A program made the translations under genes and the position numbers. A stretch of DNA of 64,000 nucleotides from Candidatus Acidiferrales bacterium. GTDB lineage: Bacteria; Patescibacteriota; Microgenomatia; Levybacterales; UBA12049. Location of the stretch: the NCBI GenBank assembly GCA_035533875.1, contig DATLSZ010000002.1:9622-73621 (forward strand), written 5' to 3'. Shown one piece after another: positions 1-8,336 of this stretch (its first letter is position 1; each line of letters begins with the position of its first letter). The notes under the pieces were generated by a model. It saw nothing but the letters and a program-made list of their open reading frames with translations, ran no database searches and was not told the origin of the DNA.

Positions 1-2
1 AT

Positions 3-842
3 TATCCGGTAAAAGCAACTGAATTTATCCAGAAAGAGAACATACAAGGAAAGATGTTCAATCAGTTTGGATATGGAGGATACTTAGAGTATCATCTCTA
101 CCCGTCACAGAAAGTGTTTATGGACGGACGGGTAGAAACGTTTTTTTGTTGCGAAATGCAGGACTATTACAATTTACAAGTAAATGCTCCTAAACTTTTT
201 TCGCAATATCAAACAACATTCGATAATATCTTTGATAAAAATCAATTTTCTTACGCAGTACTAGTTACAAAAGACGATCCTTCAGGAGAATTCTTAGCAA
301 ATGTGTTTACCAAAAAACCTAAATGGATTCTTGCTTTTAAAGATGATGTCAGTCAGATATGGGTAAAGAAAGACAAAAAAAACATAAAGCTTCTCAATAA
401 ATTAGTTTCAAATCAACTAATACAATCAAATTCAAAAAATACAAATAAGTTCACAATGCATCTTTACCAAGGAATGCATATTGTCTTCACGTATCCGGAA
501 AATATTAATTACAAACAGATAAATTCACAATTGGTTGCTCTCAGTGATCCATCGAAGAAAGGAGACGACAATACTCTCTATATTTATTCAGCTGTCGTCC
601 CGGCAAATACAGACAATTTTAAAATTCCGTTTACCATTCCGGGTCCAATGACACATTCAAGTATGATAAAGATACATGGATTTATAGCCAATCAGGAAAC
701 ATATGGTAATGGAGCAAATGAGGTAAATCTTTTGGTACTCAGGAAAGGAAATCAAACTATTGTGTTACGGATACCGCCTAATTCTAAATCGTTAGCCCAG
801 ACGATTACGCAGATAGTTAATTCAATCCAAACACTCGAATGA
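3..842 (+). CDS. hypothetical protein, C-terminal part (5' end outside window); the first segment resembles the periplasmic tail of GT-C (ArnT/PMT-like) membrane glycosyltransferases
   Basis: The frame is open from the window edge (YPVKATEFIQKENIQGKMFNQFGYGGYLEY...VFMDGRVE) and continuous with track ORF 54..842. TGA stop at 840-842. The family idea comes from motif recollection only. Confidence 0.45.
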   Translation, partial: YPVKATEFIQKENIQGKMFNQFGYGGYLEYHLYPSQKVFMDGRVETFFCCEMQDYYNLQVNAPKLFSQYQTTFDNIFDKNQFSYAVLVTKDDPSGEFLANVFTKKPKWILAFKDDVSQIWVKKDKKNIKLLNKLVSNQLIQSNSKNTNKFTMHLYQGMHIVFTYPENINYKQINSQLVALSDPSKKGDDNTLYIYSAVVPANTDNFKIPFTIPGPMTHSSMIKIHGFIANQETYGNGANEVNLLVLRKGNQTIVLRIPPNSKSLAQTITQIVNSIQTLE

Positions 843-867
843 AAATCCCTAACTACTAGCTACTAAA

Positions 868-1620
868 TTAGAAGTGTCCCGCGCAAGTATTACCATCGTT
901 GTTTGAGTTAGTCCCATCTGGACAAGTAACACTGTCCCATGTAGTTCCAGTGACATTAGCTGTATTCATATTTTGAGCTTTGCTAAAGTTATCATTCGAG
1001 AGTAAAGCATTTGAAAAATTGGTATTTTGGAGATTGACTCCTGTAAAGTCAGAATTAGAAAACTGGCTGTTAAAAAAATTAGCTTTTGTAAGATTTGACC
1101 CGTTAAAATAGATATATGCCACATGAAGATGCCAATTTATATCATTCTGGTCTCGAATATTACTAAAATCAGCACCAGTCAGATTTGTATTATTAAAATT
1201 TACATTTTGGAGGTAGCCACCTTTAAAAATTACTCCACTTAAGTCAGAGCCACTAGTAAAATAGGAATTTTGCAATTGCACCCCAGAAAAATCTTTCCCT
1301 GCAAATTTATCGGCTAATCCTCCAAAATAACAACTTTTTGTGCAAAAGAATGGTAATCCAGTACTATTTGATGGTCCTTGTGGGCCTTGGATGTTCCAAG
1401 AGACTGCATTCTCGTCCTGTCTGCAGGACGCACCGGCAGCTACCATACGAAGGGTACCTGTTTGCTTCTGCGCACACGCATAGATAACTTCGCTTGCAGT
1501 CTGACCGGTGACTTTTGTTACAGTAACAGTGACCGTTATCCCGACAGCAACCATAACAGCAGCAAAAATAATATAGAAGTACGGTGAATGATGCGTATGG
1601 ATGGCAGTTTTCTTTTTCAT
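868..1620 (-). CDS. membrane-anchored pentapeptide-repeat protein
   Basis: N-terminal TM helix (YFYIIFAAVMVAVGITVTV), then tandem pentapeptide repeats (ANFFNSQFSNSDFTGVNLQNTNFSNALLSNDNFSKAQ) and a Cys-containing C-terminus. Confidence 0.8.
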   Translation of the reverse strand: MKKKTAIHTHHSPYFYIIFAAVMVAVGITVTVTVTKVTGQTASEVIYACAQKQTGTLRMVAAGASCRQDENAVSWNIQGPQGPSNSTGLPFFCTKSCYFGGLADKFAGKDFSGVQLQNSYFTSGSDLSGVIFKGGYLQNVNFNNTNLTGADFSNIRDQNDINWHLHVAYIYFNGSNLTKANFFNSQFSNSDFTGVNLQNTNFSNALLSNDNFSKAQNMNTANVTGTTWDSVTCPDGTNSNNDGNTCAGHF

Positions 1621-1758
1621 ACCTACCTATACTGTAAAGAACTTTCTAAGTTTTTGTCAAGAACACGTTTGTAGCTCAAACAATAACAAAGTTGAAAAAT
1701 AGTGTTTATCAAATGTGAACTAATAAAGAGTTGCTACTATTTAGAGAGAGAGCTTTCG

Positions 1759-4053
1759 TTATTTTTGTGGTACTGAAGCTTTGGGATTTGGTTTGACTGT
1801 AGGAACCGGTGTTACCGAAGGTGCGTTCTTCAGACTTTGTACATTTACATTTTTAACGTTCTGTAATGCGCTGCCGGTAGGTGTCGGGGTCGCAGTTGGT
1901 GTTACTTGCTGCTGTGGTGCTGTGGTGGATGCTCCGAGTTTGGCTTTCAGATCATTCAATAATGCTACGGCTGCTTTGTAACTTACGCTCGTTTTATCAC
2001 TCTGAAGCAGGGTCACTGTTTGGTTGGCAACGATCAATGCATCCTGCAGGTCACCACTGTCACGGTAAGCGATAGCCAAGTTGTAGTAAGCATTTGCATA
2101 GTCTGGCTTCAGGTTGGCCGCATCTGTGTAGAACCGTGTTGCGAGTGAATAGCTTTTTGCAAGATAGTAGATGCCGCCGACGTTCAGTCTCAGTGTAGGA
2201 TTCAGCGGATCAAGCTGGATTGCGCGGCCGTATGCACTCAGTGAGAAAGCTAATGCATTCTGTGCTACACCAGAGATATTCTGATAGATCGAGGCCAATA
2301 CTTCCCAGTTTCTCGCTGACCGTGGACTGAGCGCGATACTTGCTTGTCCTTCGTTGATTGCTTGCGCAAGAAGCGTTTGGATAGTCTGTCTGTCTTGTGT
2401 ACTCAGTGTTACCCCTTGACCGTTTTTGGCAGGGACAGCTTTTGCCGCAATGGCATTTGCCAAGGCAAAGTTGGTCTGTGCCATATCGACACGGTAGAGA
2501 TCTACTTCTGGATTAAGTGCTTCCGCTTTTTGCAAATATTGATATGTGAGTGAGCCATTGGTATTTGCTGTCACAAGTGCTTGCCGGTGATAATAGTCGG
2601 CTGCAGCTATGGTAACTGTTTTATACAGTACCGGAACAGCTACTATTACAAAGACAATAAAGACGATAATCGGGAACAAATCAAATTGATTATTGTCAGC
2701 TGTTGATGCTTTGATCCCCAATTTAAGTTCGGTTACCCGTTCTCTGATTGATTTCTGCGACATCATCAGAATAGCAAGGATAAATAATGTTACGACCATT
2801 GATACCAGCGTCATAGCATGTATGCCGAAGAGAATAAGTGACAGCAATCCACTCATCGCCATGGCAGGCAGTAAGATATGTGTGTTGTCCTGATGCGCAT
2901 CCTGTGTGTCGACTGCAAGATTTCTCCAGCTATTTACCAGGACTACGAGACAGAAGAGGAAGAGCGCTAGGAATCCGAAGATGCCCAATGTGCCAAGTAC
3001 TTGCAAGAACTCGTTGTATGCCGTGTCAAAAGAGAAGTTCCAGAAAGGCGTCGTGTTAAATTCAATCGGCTTGTATGTCGTGAAGTTGAAAAGATACGAT
3101 GCAGGACCTGTGCCGAAGAATGGTGCATCCCTGAAAGCCGAGACAGATACTTTCCAGGACATCACGAACGGAAGCTGAATTTCTTTCGGGAAGTTTGATT
3201 CATACTGCTGCAGTGCATTTCCTGAGAACGGTACATAAGAGAATAATAATACAAGTCCAATCACGACAACTGGAAGCAGGAAAAGTGGTAATGTTTTTTT
3301 GACTTCATGCGGTTTTGAAAGGAAGAAACAAAGTGCAAAAGCAACAAGCAGAACGACCAAGGCTGGAAGAGAACCGATCAATGAGACAGTTACCCCAAAT
3401 AAAATAGTTAACGCAGCAGCCAACGGCATCGGTAAATATTTATTAGGATGAATAAGCGATAGAATTGGCAAAGGAAGAAGCATTGTCAAGAAAGCAATCG
3501 TCGAGAAAGTCGAACCGGTTGGGGTGAAATTCACCGCTTTTGCAAAGTCAAACGGCAAGAATACATGGAAGAATGCAAGTAATGTTAATGCTGCTACTAC
3601 AACAGCACTTCCGTACAGAACATTCAAAAACAGCCTTATTTTGGCTAAATCTCTTAAATTTGAAACCGTAACAAAATATAATAGTATATAGACTACCCAA
3701 GAAACAGCAGATTCATTAACTCTTGGGAAGTTACCGTATATAGCTATCGGATGAGACGCACTTAAAAACGTGGAAATTAAAATCACTGCCAATAAAATAA
3801 GTAACGGAATATCAAGTGGTGTTCTGGTAAGTACGACCTTCCCTTTCATTATCCAGGAGAAAATCCAGAGACCGAGAAGGAGTAATGTCGTAACAACAAG
3901 AAATACCATCTTCGGCATCTCATAAAATTCGGTCATTTGATTTACAAACAGAAGAGGTGTCAATCCGGCAACAATCAGAAGCAAGAAGGTAATAGCATAA
4001 TCAAGATAGGCAGTTATTTGATGTCTCATGCGATTTCTTTTATTAATATCCAT
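1759..4053 (-). CDS. O-antigen ligase (Wzy_C)-like polytopic membrane protein with C-terminal TPR repeats and a Pro/Thr-rich tail
   Basis: Many TM helices. Wzy_C-like motif AYNEFLQVLGTLGIFGFLALF. TPR-like YANAYYNLAIAYRDSGDLQDAL. The track ORF begins at a TTG (4080); the first ATG is at 4053. Confidence 0.8.
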   Translation of the reverse strand: MDINKRNRMRHQITAYLDYAITFLLLIVAGLTPLLFVNQMTEFYEMPKMVFLVVTTLLLLGLWIFSWIMKGKVVLTRTPLDIPLLILLAVILISTFLSASHPIAIYGNFPRVNESAVSWVVYILLYFVTVSNLRDLAKIRLFLNVLYGSAVVVAALTLLAFFHVFLPFDFAKAVNFTPTGSTFSTIAFLTMLLPLPILSLIHPNKYLPMPLAAALTILFGVTVSLIGSLPALVVLLVAFALCFFLSKPHEVKKTLPLFLLPVVVIGLVLLFSYVPFSGNALQQYESNFPKEIQLPFVMSWKVSVSAFRDAPFFGTGPASYLFNFTTYKPIEFNTTPFWNFSFDTAYNEFLQVLGTLGIFGFLALFLFCLVVLVNSWRNLAVDTQDAHQDNTHILLPAMAMSGLLSLILFGIHAMTLVSMVVTLFILAILMMSQKSIRERVTELKLGIKASTADNNQFDLFPIIVFIVFVIVAVPVLYKTVTIAAADYYHRQALVTANTNGSLTYQYLQKAEALNPEVDLYRVDMAQTNFALANAIAAKAVPAKNGQGVTLSTQDRQTIQTLLAQAINEGQASIALSPRSARNWEVLASIYQNISGVAQNALAFSLSAYGRAIQLDPLNPTLRLNVGGIYYLAKSYSLATRFYTDAANLKPDYANAYYNLAIAYRDSGDLQDALIVANQTVTLLQSDKTSVSYKAAVALLNDLKAKLGASTTAPQQQVTPTATPTPTGSALQNVKNVNVQSLKNAPSVTPVPTVKPNPKASVPQK

Positions 4054-4103
4054 ATTGACAAAAATATAATCTCTCGTCAATAGGTAATTTTAATTCCTAT
4101 CCC

Positions 4104-4133
4104 TTGACAGCACGTAAATAGCTTCAATATAAT
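4104..4133 (+). promoter_or_regulatory. sigma70-type promoter TTGACA-18-TATAAT, 6 nt before the ATG at 4140 (leaderless layout)
   Basis: TTGACA at 4104-4109 and TATAAT at 4128-4133. The gap ATTTTT has no Shine-Dalgarno sequence. Confidence 0.6.
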
Positions 4134-4139
4134 ATTTTT

Positions 4140-4628
4140 ATGGAAGACGTGTTCTCTCTCTCAAACTTTCTCGCCAGGTTTCCAGACGATACTGCTTGTT
4201 TTGAAGAGATTAAAAAGCAACGGTTTCCAAAAGGTATCCGCTGTATTGTCTGCCGAAAAATTACACGGCATTATAAGTTGCAAAGCAGGTCGGCATACTC
4301 ATGTAAGTTCTGCCGCAAACAAACATACCCGCTCGCAGGGACACTTTTTGAGAAATCATCTACTCCCCTACGGGTTTGGTTTCTTGCCCTTTTTCTTATG
4401 ACGCATACAAGGGACGGTATCTCCAGCAAGCAATTGCAGAGAGAACTCGGAATGACATATAAAACTGCCTGGAGAATACATAAAAATATCAGAATGCTTA
4501 TGGAACAAAACAATGGTGATCTCTTGAAAAGAACAATTGATAAAGATAAGTACAGAGAACACAAATGGGTATTCTTCAATAAATTAGAAATCTCATGGGT
4601 CGAGAAGAATGAATCACCAACAGAGTGA
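4140..4628 (+). CDS. IS1595-family transposase N-terminal Zn-ribbon/HTH domain only (no DDE catalytic domain): a truncated or domesticated fragment
   Basis: CxxC...CxxC pairs (CIVCRK...CKFCRK) followed by TPLRVWFLALFLMTHTRDGISSKQLQRELGMTYKTAWRIHKNIR, typical of IS1595/ISXO2 N-termini. The ORF ends about 40 aa later, where the DDE domain should start. Confidence 0.75.
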   Translation: MEDVFSLSNFLARFPDDTACFEEIKKQRFPKGIRCIVCRKITRHYKLQSRSAYSCKFCRKQTYPLAGTLFEKSSTPLRVWFLALFLMTHTRDGISSKQLQRELGMTYKTAWRIHKNIRMLMEQNNGDLLKRTIDKDKYREHKWVFFNKLEISWVEKNESPTE

Positions 4629-4629
4629 T

Positions 4630-4782
4630 TTAGTTGAGATTTGATTTCCCGGATTTATCGGCGGGTGTATTGACAGCCCGTTTTAAAAGTTCAAAGAAAT
4701 CTTTTCCTGCTCCTTTTCTTCCGCCATTTTTCAGATGTAACTTCAGTTTTTTATCTTTAATTGATATTCGCTTTTTTGTCAT
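4630..4782 (-). CDS. small basic hypothetical protein (50 aa)
   Basis: MTKKRISIKDKKLKLHLKNGGRKGAGKDFFELLKRAV... The start was chosen because a TAAAAT -10 box (4790-4795, minus strand) lies 7 nt upstream. The longer track ORF would overlap tRNA-Arg. Confidence 0.35.
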   Translation of the reverse strand: MTKKRISIKDKKLKLHLKNGGRKGAGKDFFELLKRAVNTPADKSGKSNLN

Positions 4783-4842
4783 ACTATTAATTTTACGGTA
4801 TAATTGCGGATAGGTGAAAGCAAATAGCCAATAGTCAAAACC

Positions 4843-4918
4843 GCTCCCGTAGCTCAGTGGATAGAGCATCAGATTCCGGATCTGGGGGTCGGAGGTTCAA
4901 ATCCTCTCGGGAGTACCA
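4843..4918 (+). tRNA. tRNA-Arg (anticodon CCG), CCA encoded
   Basis: Manual cloverleaf. Acceptor GCTCCCG/CGGGAGT. D arm GCTC..GAGC. Anticodon stem TCAGA/TCTGG with loop TTCCGGA. T arm GGAGG-TTCAAAT-CCTCT. Discriminator A plus CCA. 76 nt. Confidence 0.9.
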
Positions 4919-4926
4919 GACTAATA

Positions 4927-5895
4927 TCATCTTTTTTTCGCCGACATTTTGTTAATCATATTCATTTCAAGAACGATGGCTATAAAAATTGCAAGTGCAG
5001 CAAAGTATAAACCTTTTCCCATCCTTCTCGTCCAAATTCTCCCCGGTTGTTCATCTCCAAAAAAATCACTGATGCGGCCTAACAGAGAAGCCGTTCTTTT
5101 TTGATGCTTCTCTAACAATTTTCTTCTTGCTTCCTCCTCTGCGGTACCATTACCTTTTTCTGGAAGCTCATCTATCTGTCTTTGGATTTCCTGATCTAAC
5201 ATCTCTCCTGTCGCATGAGCGTTTTGTGCGAGAGCACTTACCGTAGACTTCATCTGGGTCTCTTGTTCACCGGTGACACTTTCTCTTTCTTGCCGGTCTG
5301 CATCACTCATCACGCGAAGTTTGCCAACTACCTTTTCCCGCTGCTCCGGAGTTAGTCCAGGTAATAATTGGATGATTTTTGCATCTGTCTCTTCATTCCC
5401 TTCTTCGGATCTCCTCAACCCAAGTGCAGTTAACTGATCGGCAATCCCAGTTAATGCAGTATCTTCCCTTACAGGATCAGTTTCACTAAGGACTGTATTA
5501 TATAAGTCTCCTAGTGCAGAAATATGGGTTACCCGTTCTTGCTCAGTCATTTCTGATGCAGGAACTATTTGGTCAAACGCTGCTTTAACATCTTGAGCTC
5601 CCTGTTCATCAATTGGTGCTCCTGGATTTTCAGGATCCGTTACCCTATCAGCACGAGCCTCACCCGCAAGCATTGATTGATACATTGATGCTAGAACTCC
5701 TTGCTTTTCATCTTGAGGTATTTTATCCAGTTGTTCCTTAAATAAATTAAATTGTTCAGGAGGTAACTGTTGTCCTAACTTAGCCATTACCGCGTCCGCC
5801 AAAGCTTCACCCATCGGGCTGCGTTCAGCTCCTCCAGCACCAGATATATTGCCCCCTGGACCCATTCCGCCTGTTTCTTCTCCACCTACACTCAT
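4927..5895 (-). CDS. hypothetical acidic protein with a Gly-rich N-terminus and a single C-terminal TM anchor (tail-anchored)
   Basis: 322-aa ORF with a strong SD (AAGGAGG) 9 nt upstream of the ATG at 5895. C-terminal LYFAALAIFIAIVLEMNMI followed by KKR. No recognisable domain. Confidence 0.65.
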   Translation of the reverse strand: MSVGGEETGGMGPGGNISGAGGAERSPMGEALADAVMAKLGQQLPPEQFNLFKEQLDKIPQDEKQGVLASMYQSMLAGEARADRVTDPENPGAPIDEQGAQDVKAAFDQIVPASEMTEQERVTHISALGDLYNTVLSETDPVREDTALTGIADQLTALGLRRSEEGNEETDAKIIQLLPGLTPEQREKVVGKLRVMSDADRQERESVTGEQETQMKSTVSALAQNAHATGEMLDQEIQRQIDELPEKGNGTAEEEARRKLLEKHQKRTASLLGRISDFFGDEQPGRIWTRRMGKGLYFAALAIFIAIVLEMNMINKMSAKKR

Positions 5896-6025
5896 AATTC
5901 ATATCCTCCTTTATTTACCTGCATTTGTCATACAAATGCGATATAATTATACACATTATAATATATTATTTAAACCCAGCTTGACAGTATCATTATAAAA
6001 TTCTTATAAAAATAATCAGTAACGA

Positions 6026-6119
6026 GGAGGGGTCGCATAGTGGTCGAGTGCAGCGGTTTCGAAAACCGCCGTCTCGCTTTTGAGCGGGACCGGGGGTTCG
6101 AATCCCCCTCCCTCCGCCA
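6026..6119 (+). tRNA. tRNA-Ser (anticodon CGA), class II with long variable arm, CCA encoded
   Basis: Acceptor GGAGGGG/TCCCTCC. Anticodon stem GCGGT/ACCGC with loop TTCGAAA. Long variable arm. T arm GGGGG-TTCGAAT-CCCCC. G plus CCA. Confidence 0.9.
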
Positions 6120-6250
6120 ATTTGGCTATTAATCACTAGACATTAGCTCTTTATCAATAACTATTAGCCAACAACCAATGTCTAACGACTAATGATTAAA
6201 CTCATGTCACACTTCTTGACATCCCTGTAAAAATCTATCAAACTGAGACT

Positions 6251-8296
6251 ATGCGTGTTTCTGCCCGAATCATAACTGCTGTTATTCTTTCTTTATTTAT
6301 CGGCTTCTTTTTCATCAAACCTGTGTCAGCGCAAACCAACCAACAACCTTCACCTATTGTCCCACAATCATCAAATAGCGTCGCCAATTTTTTAGTACCA
6401 AATACAGATTCTGATGTCCCGCAAAATCATCATTCTTACGCACAAATCGTCTTTATTGATGCAATCTCGGCAATTATGTGTGAACTTACAGGGGTTGACC
6501 CAAGCAATCCAAATCAAGCTTGTTTGGGTGTAAATCCTACCACAGGGAAAATTGGTCTGGCAACTCCGACCGGATCCCAAACATTTGGGCAAGCACAAAA
6601 CCAACCGGTTGGTGGTGCAGTAGGACTAATGGCACAGTCTATCTCCGTACTGTATGTTCCGGCGGTCAGCAGTCAGCAATATTTTGGTTATCTCGCAGAT
6701 AATTTTGGCATCGTCAAACAAACCTATGCGGCACCTCTTAAGATGGGTAATTGCAATAATTCACCCGTTGGGTATGGATTCTGCGGACTTTCACCTATTT
6801 TTACTTTATGGTCAAACATCAGAGATCTTGCGTATGCCCTTTTAACGGTTCTCTTTATTACAATCGGAATAGGTGTTATGTTGCGTTTCAAGGTTGATCC
6901 AAGAACCGTAATGACACTACAAAATCAAATACCACGAGTCATTATCGCAATTCTTCTCATAACGTTCTCCTATGCTATTGCAGGGTTAATGATTGACCTT
7001 ATGTGGACTGTTACGTATACCGGAATTGATTTCATATCAAAAGCCTCACCGGATTCAAAAATCGCAGCTAGCTGTCCATCAACCCCTACACCTCTTGCGC
7101 AAAATGTCGAACAGCGGCTCCTCGACCAACCGATAAGTTTTACCAATACTATCTTTAGAGCTGACTGTAATGGATTAATTGATAATGGCCTGCTTAGTTT
7201 GTCTGACAAGGTCAGCTCTTCTCTTGGAGACTTAATCCAACAGCTGCTTCATGATCTTTTGTTCGGAGGCGGAGCAAATGATTGTCATGTAGACTGGTGG
7301 GCAGCAGTACTTGTTATCCCAGCCATAGGAGAAGTCGGAAAATGTCTTTTGGGTTCAGTTATGCTGAACGTCTTTTTATGGCTCACTGAACAACTTGTCA
7401 AACTTATTATTATCATCGCGATACTGATTGCATTATTCCGGTTGTGGTTCCAATTGATAAAAACATACCTAACATTTCTTATCTTTGTTATTCTTGGTCC
7501 GGTTTGGATAGTCCTCGGTCTTGTTCCAGGCAGGCCGATGGGTTTTGAGAAATGGCTGCGTATTGTTTTTTCCAATCTGGCAGTCTTTCCGCTCGTTGCG
7601 TTTATTCTTGTTTTTGCGCGGGTAATTGTCGATTCTGTTCATGGTGCCAATCCACAGAATGTATTTATCCCGCCGCTTGTCGGCAACCCCAGCCTTTCAA
7701 CCTTCTCCGATCTCATGGGTTTTGGCGCAATTCTCCTTGCCCCATCCATCCCTGATCTGATAAAAGAACGCATGAAAGCAACCGGACAAGGGAAATACGG
7801 TGCGACCATTGCCGCAGGAATCGGTATGGGAGCAGCAGCATTTAGCGCACCAGGCAAAAAAGTATGGGAAGGACTCAATAGAAGAAACCCAACAACTGGT
7901 GAAGCTGAAGGATCTCTGGCTATTATGAAACAGCGCGCATGGCAAAAGACACCGTTCTTCGGCAGGAGAGCTATTGCGAAAAGACAAGCTCTTGGTAAAG
8001 TGCACCAAGAAGGTGGCGATATGTCGAATTGGAGACAACATTATCGAGAAGCGTTAAATAAGCAAGGAACACGCGCTGAAAGAAAGATGGGGAATGCTGA
8101 AGGAAGAACTAATGCTAATACCGCAAGAGATGAATTGAGAAGACGAAGTCGACAAGATCGTGAAGGGACGAGAAGAGGAAGAGCTGTAAATAGAGTGGGC
8201 GAAACGAGAGATAGAGCAAGAAATTGGCTAAGGAGAACTGCACGCGGAGGCGGGTCAAAGAATAATCAAGGTGGGGGTGGTCCCTCATCAACATAA
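6251..8296 (+). CDS. VirB6/TrbL-like polytopic T4SS membrane protein with signal peptide, large N-terminal exported domain and Arg/Gly-rich C-terminal tail
   Basis: Signal peptide ...FFIKPVSAQT. Multiple TM helices. TrbL/VirB6-like core LFRLWFQLIKTYLTFLIFVILGPVWIVLGLVPGRPMGFEKWLRIVFSNLAVFPLV. The last ~120 aa are strongly basic (RRRSRQDREGTRRGRAVNRVGETRDRARNWLRRTARGGG). Confidence 0.7.
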   Translation: MRVSARIITAVILSLFIGFFFIKPVSAQTNQQPSPIVPQSSNSVANFLVPNTDSDVPQNHHSYAQIVFIDAISAIMCELTGVDPSNPNQACLGVNPTTGKIGLATPTGSQTFGQAQNQPVGGAVGLMAQSISVLYVPAVSSQQYFGYLADNFGIVKQTYAAPLKMGNCNNSPVGYGFCGLSPIFTLWSNIRDLAYALLTVLFITIGIGVMLRFKVDPRTVMTLQNQIPRVIIAILLITFSYAIAGLMIDLMWTVTYTGIDFISKASPDSKIAASCPSTPTPLAQNVEQRLLDQPISFTNTIFRADCNGLIDNGLLSLSDKVSSSLGDLIQQLLHDLLFGGGANDCHVDWWAAVLVIPAIGEVGKCLLGSVMLNVFLWLTEQLVKLIIIIAILIALFRLWFQLIKTYLTFLIFVILGPVWIVLGLVPGRPMGFEKWLRIVFSNLAVFPLVAFILVFARVIVDSVHGANPQNVFIPPLVGNPSLSTFSDLMGFGAILLAPSIPDLIKERMKATGQGKYGATIAAGIGMGAAAFSAPGKKVWEGLNRRNPTTGEAEGSLAIMKQRAWQKTPFFGRRAIAKRQALGKVHQEGGDMSNWRQHYREALNKQGTRAERKMGNAEGRTNANTARDELRRRSRQDREGTRRGRAVNRVGETRDRARNWLRRTARGGGSKNNQGGGGPSST

Positions 8297-8336
8297 GATG
8301 CCTCAGAACGAGAACCTTTTTCTTGCGGCAATAAAA

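Noticed and set aside
6129-6199. imperfect inverted repeat (TTAATCA..TAGACATT / AATGTCTA..TGATTAA) just after tRNA-Ser, considered as an att site for the T4SS locus
   Set aside because: No copy of the tRNA-Ser 3' end or of this repeat was found at the far side of the locus (~22.3 kb), and no integrase is present. It may be a weak terminator or structural element.
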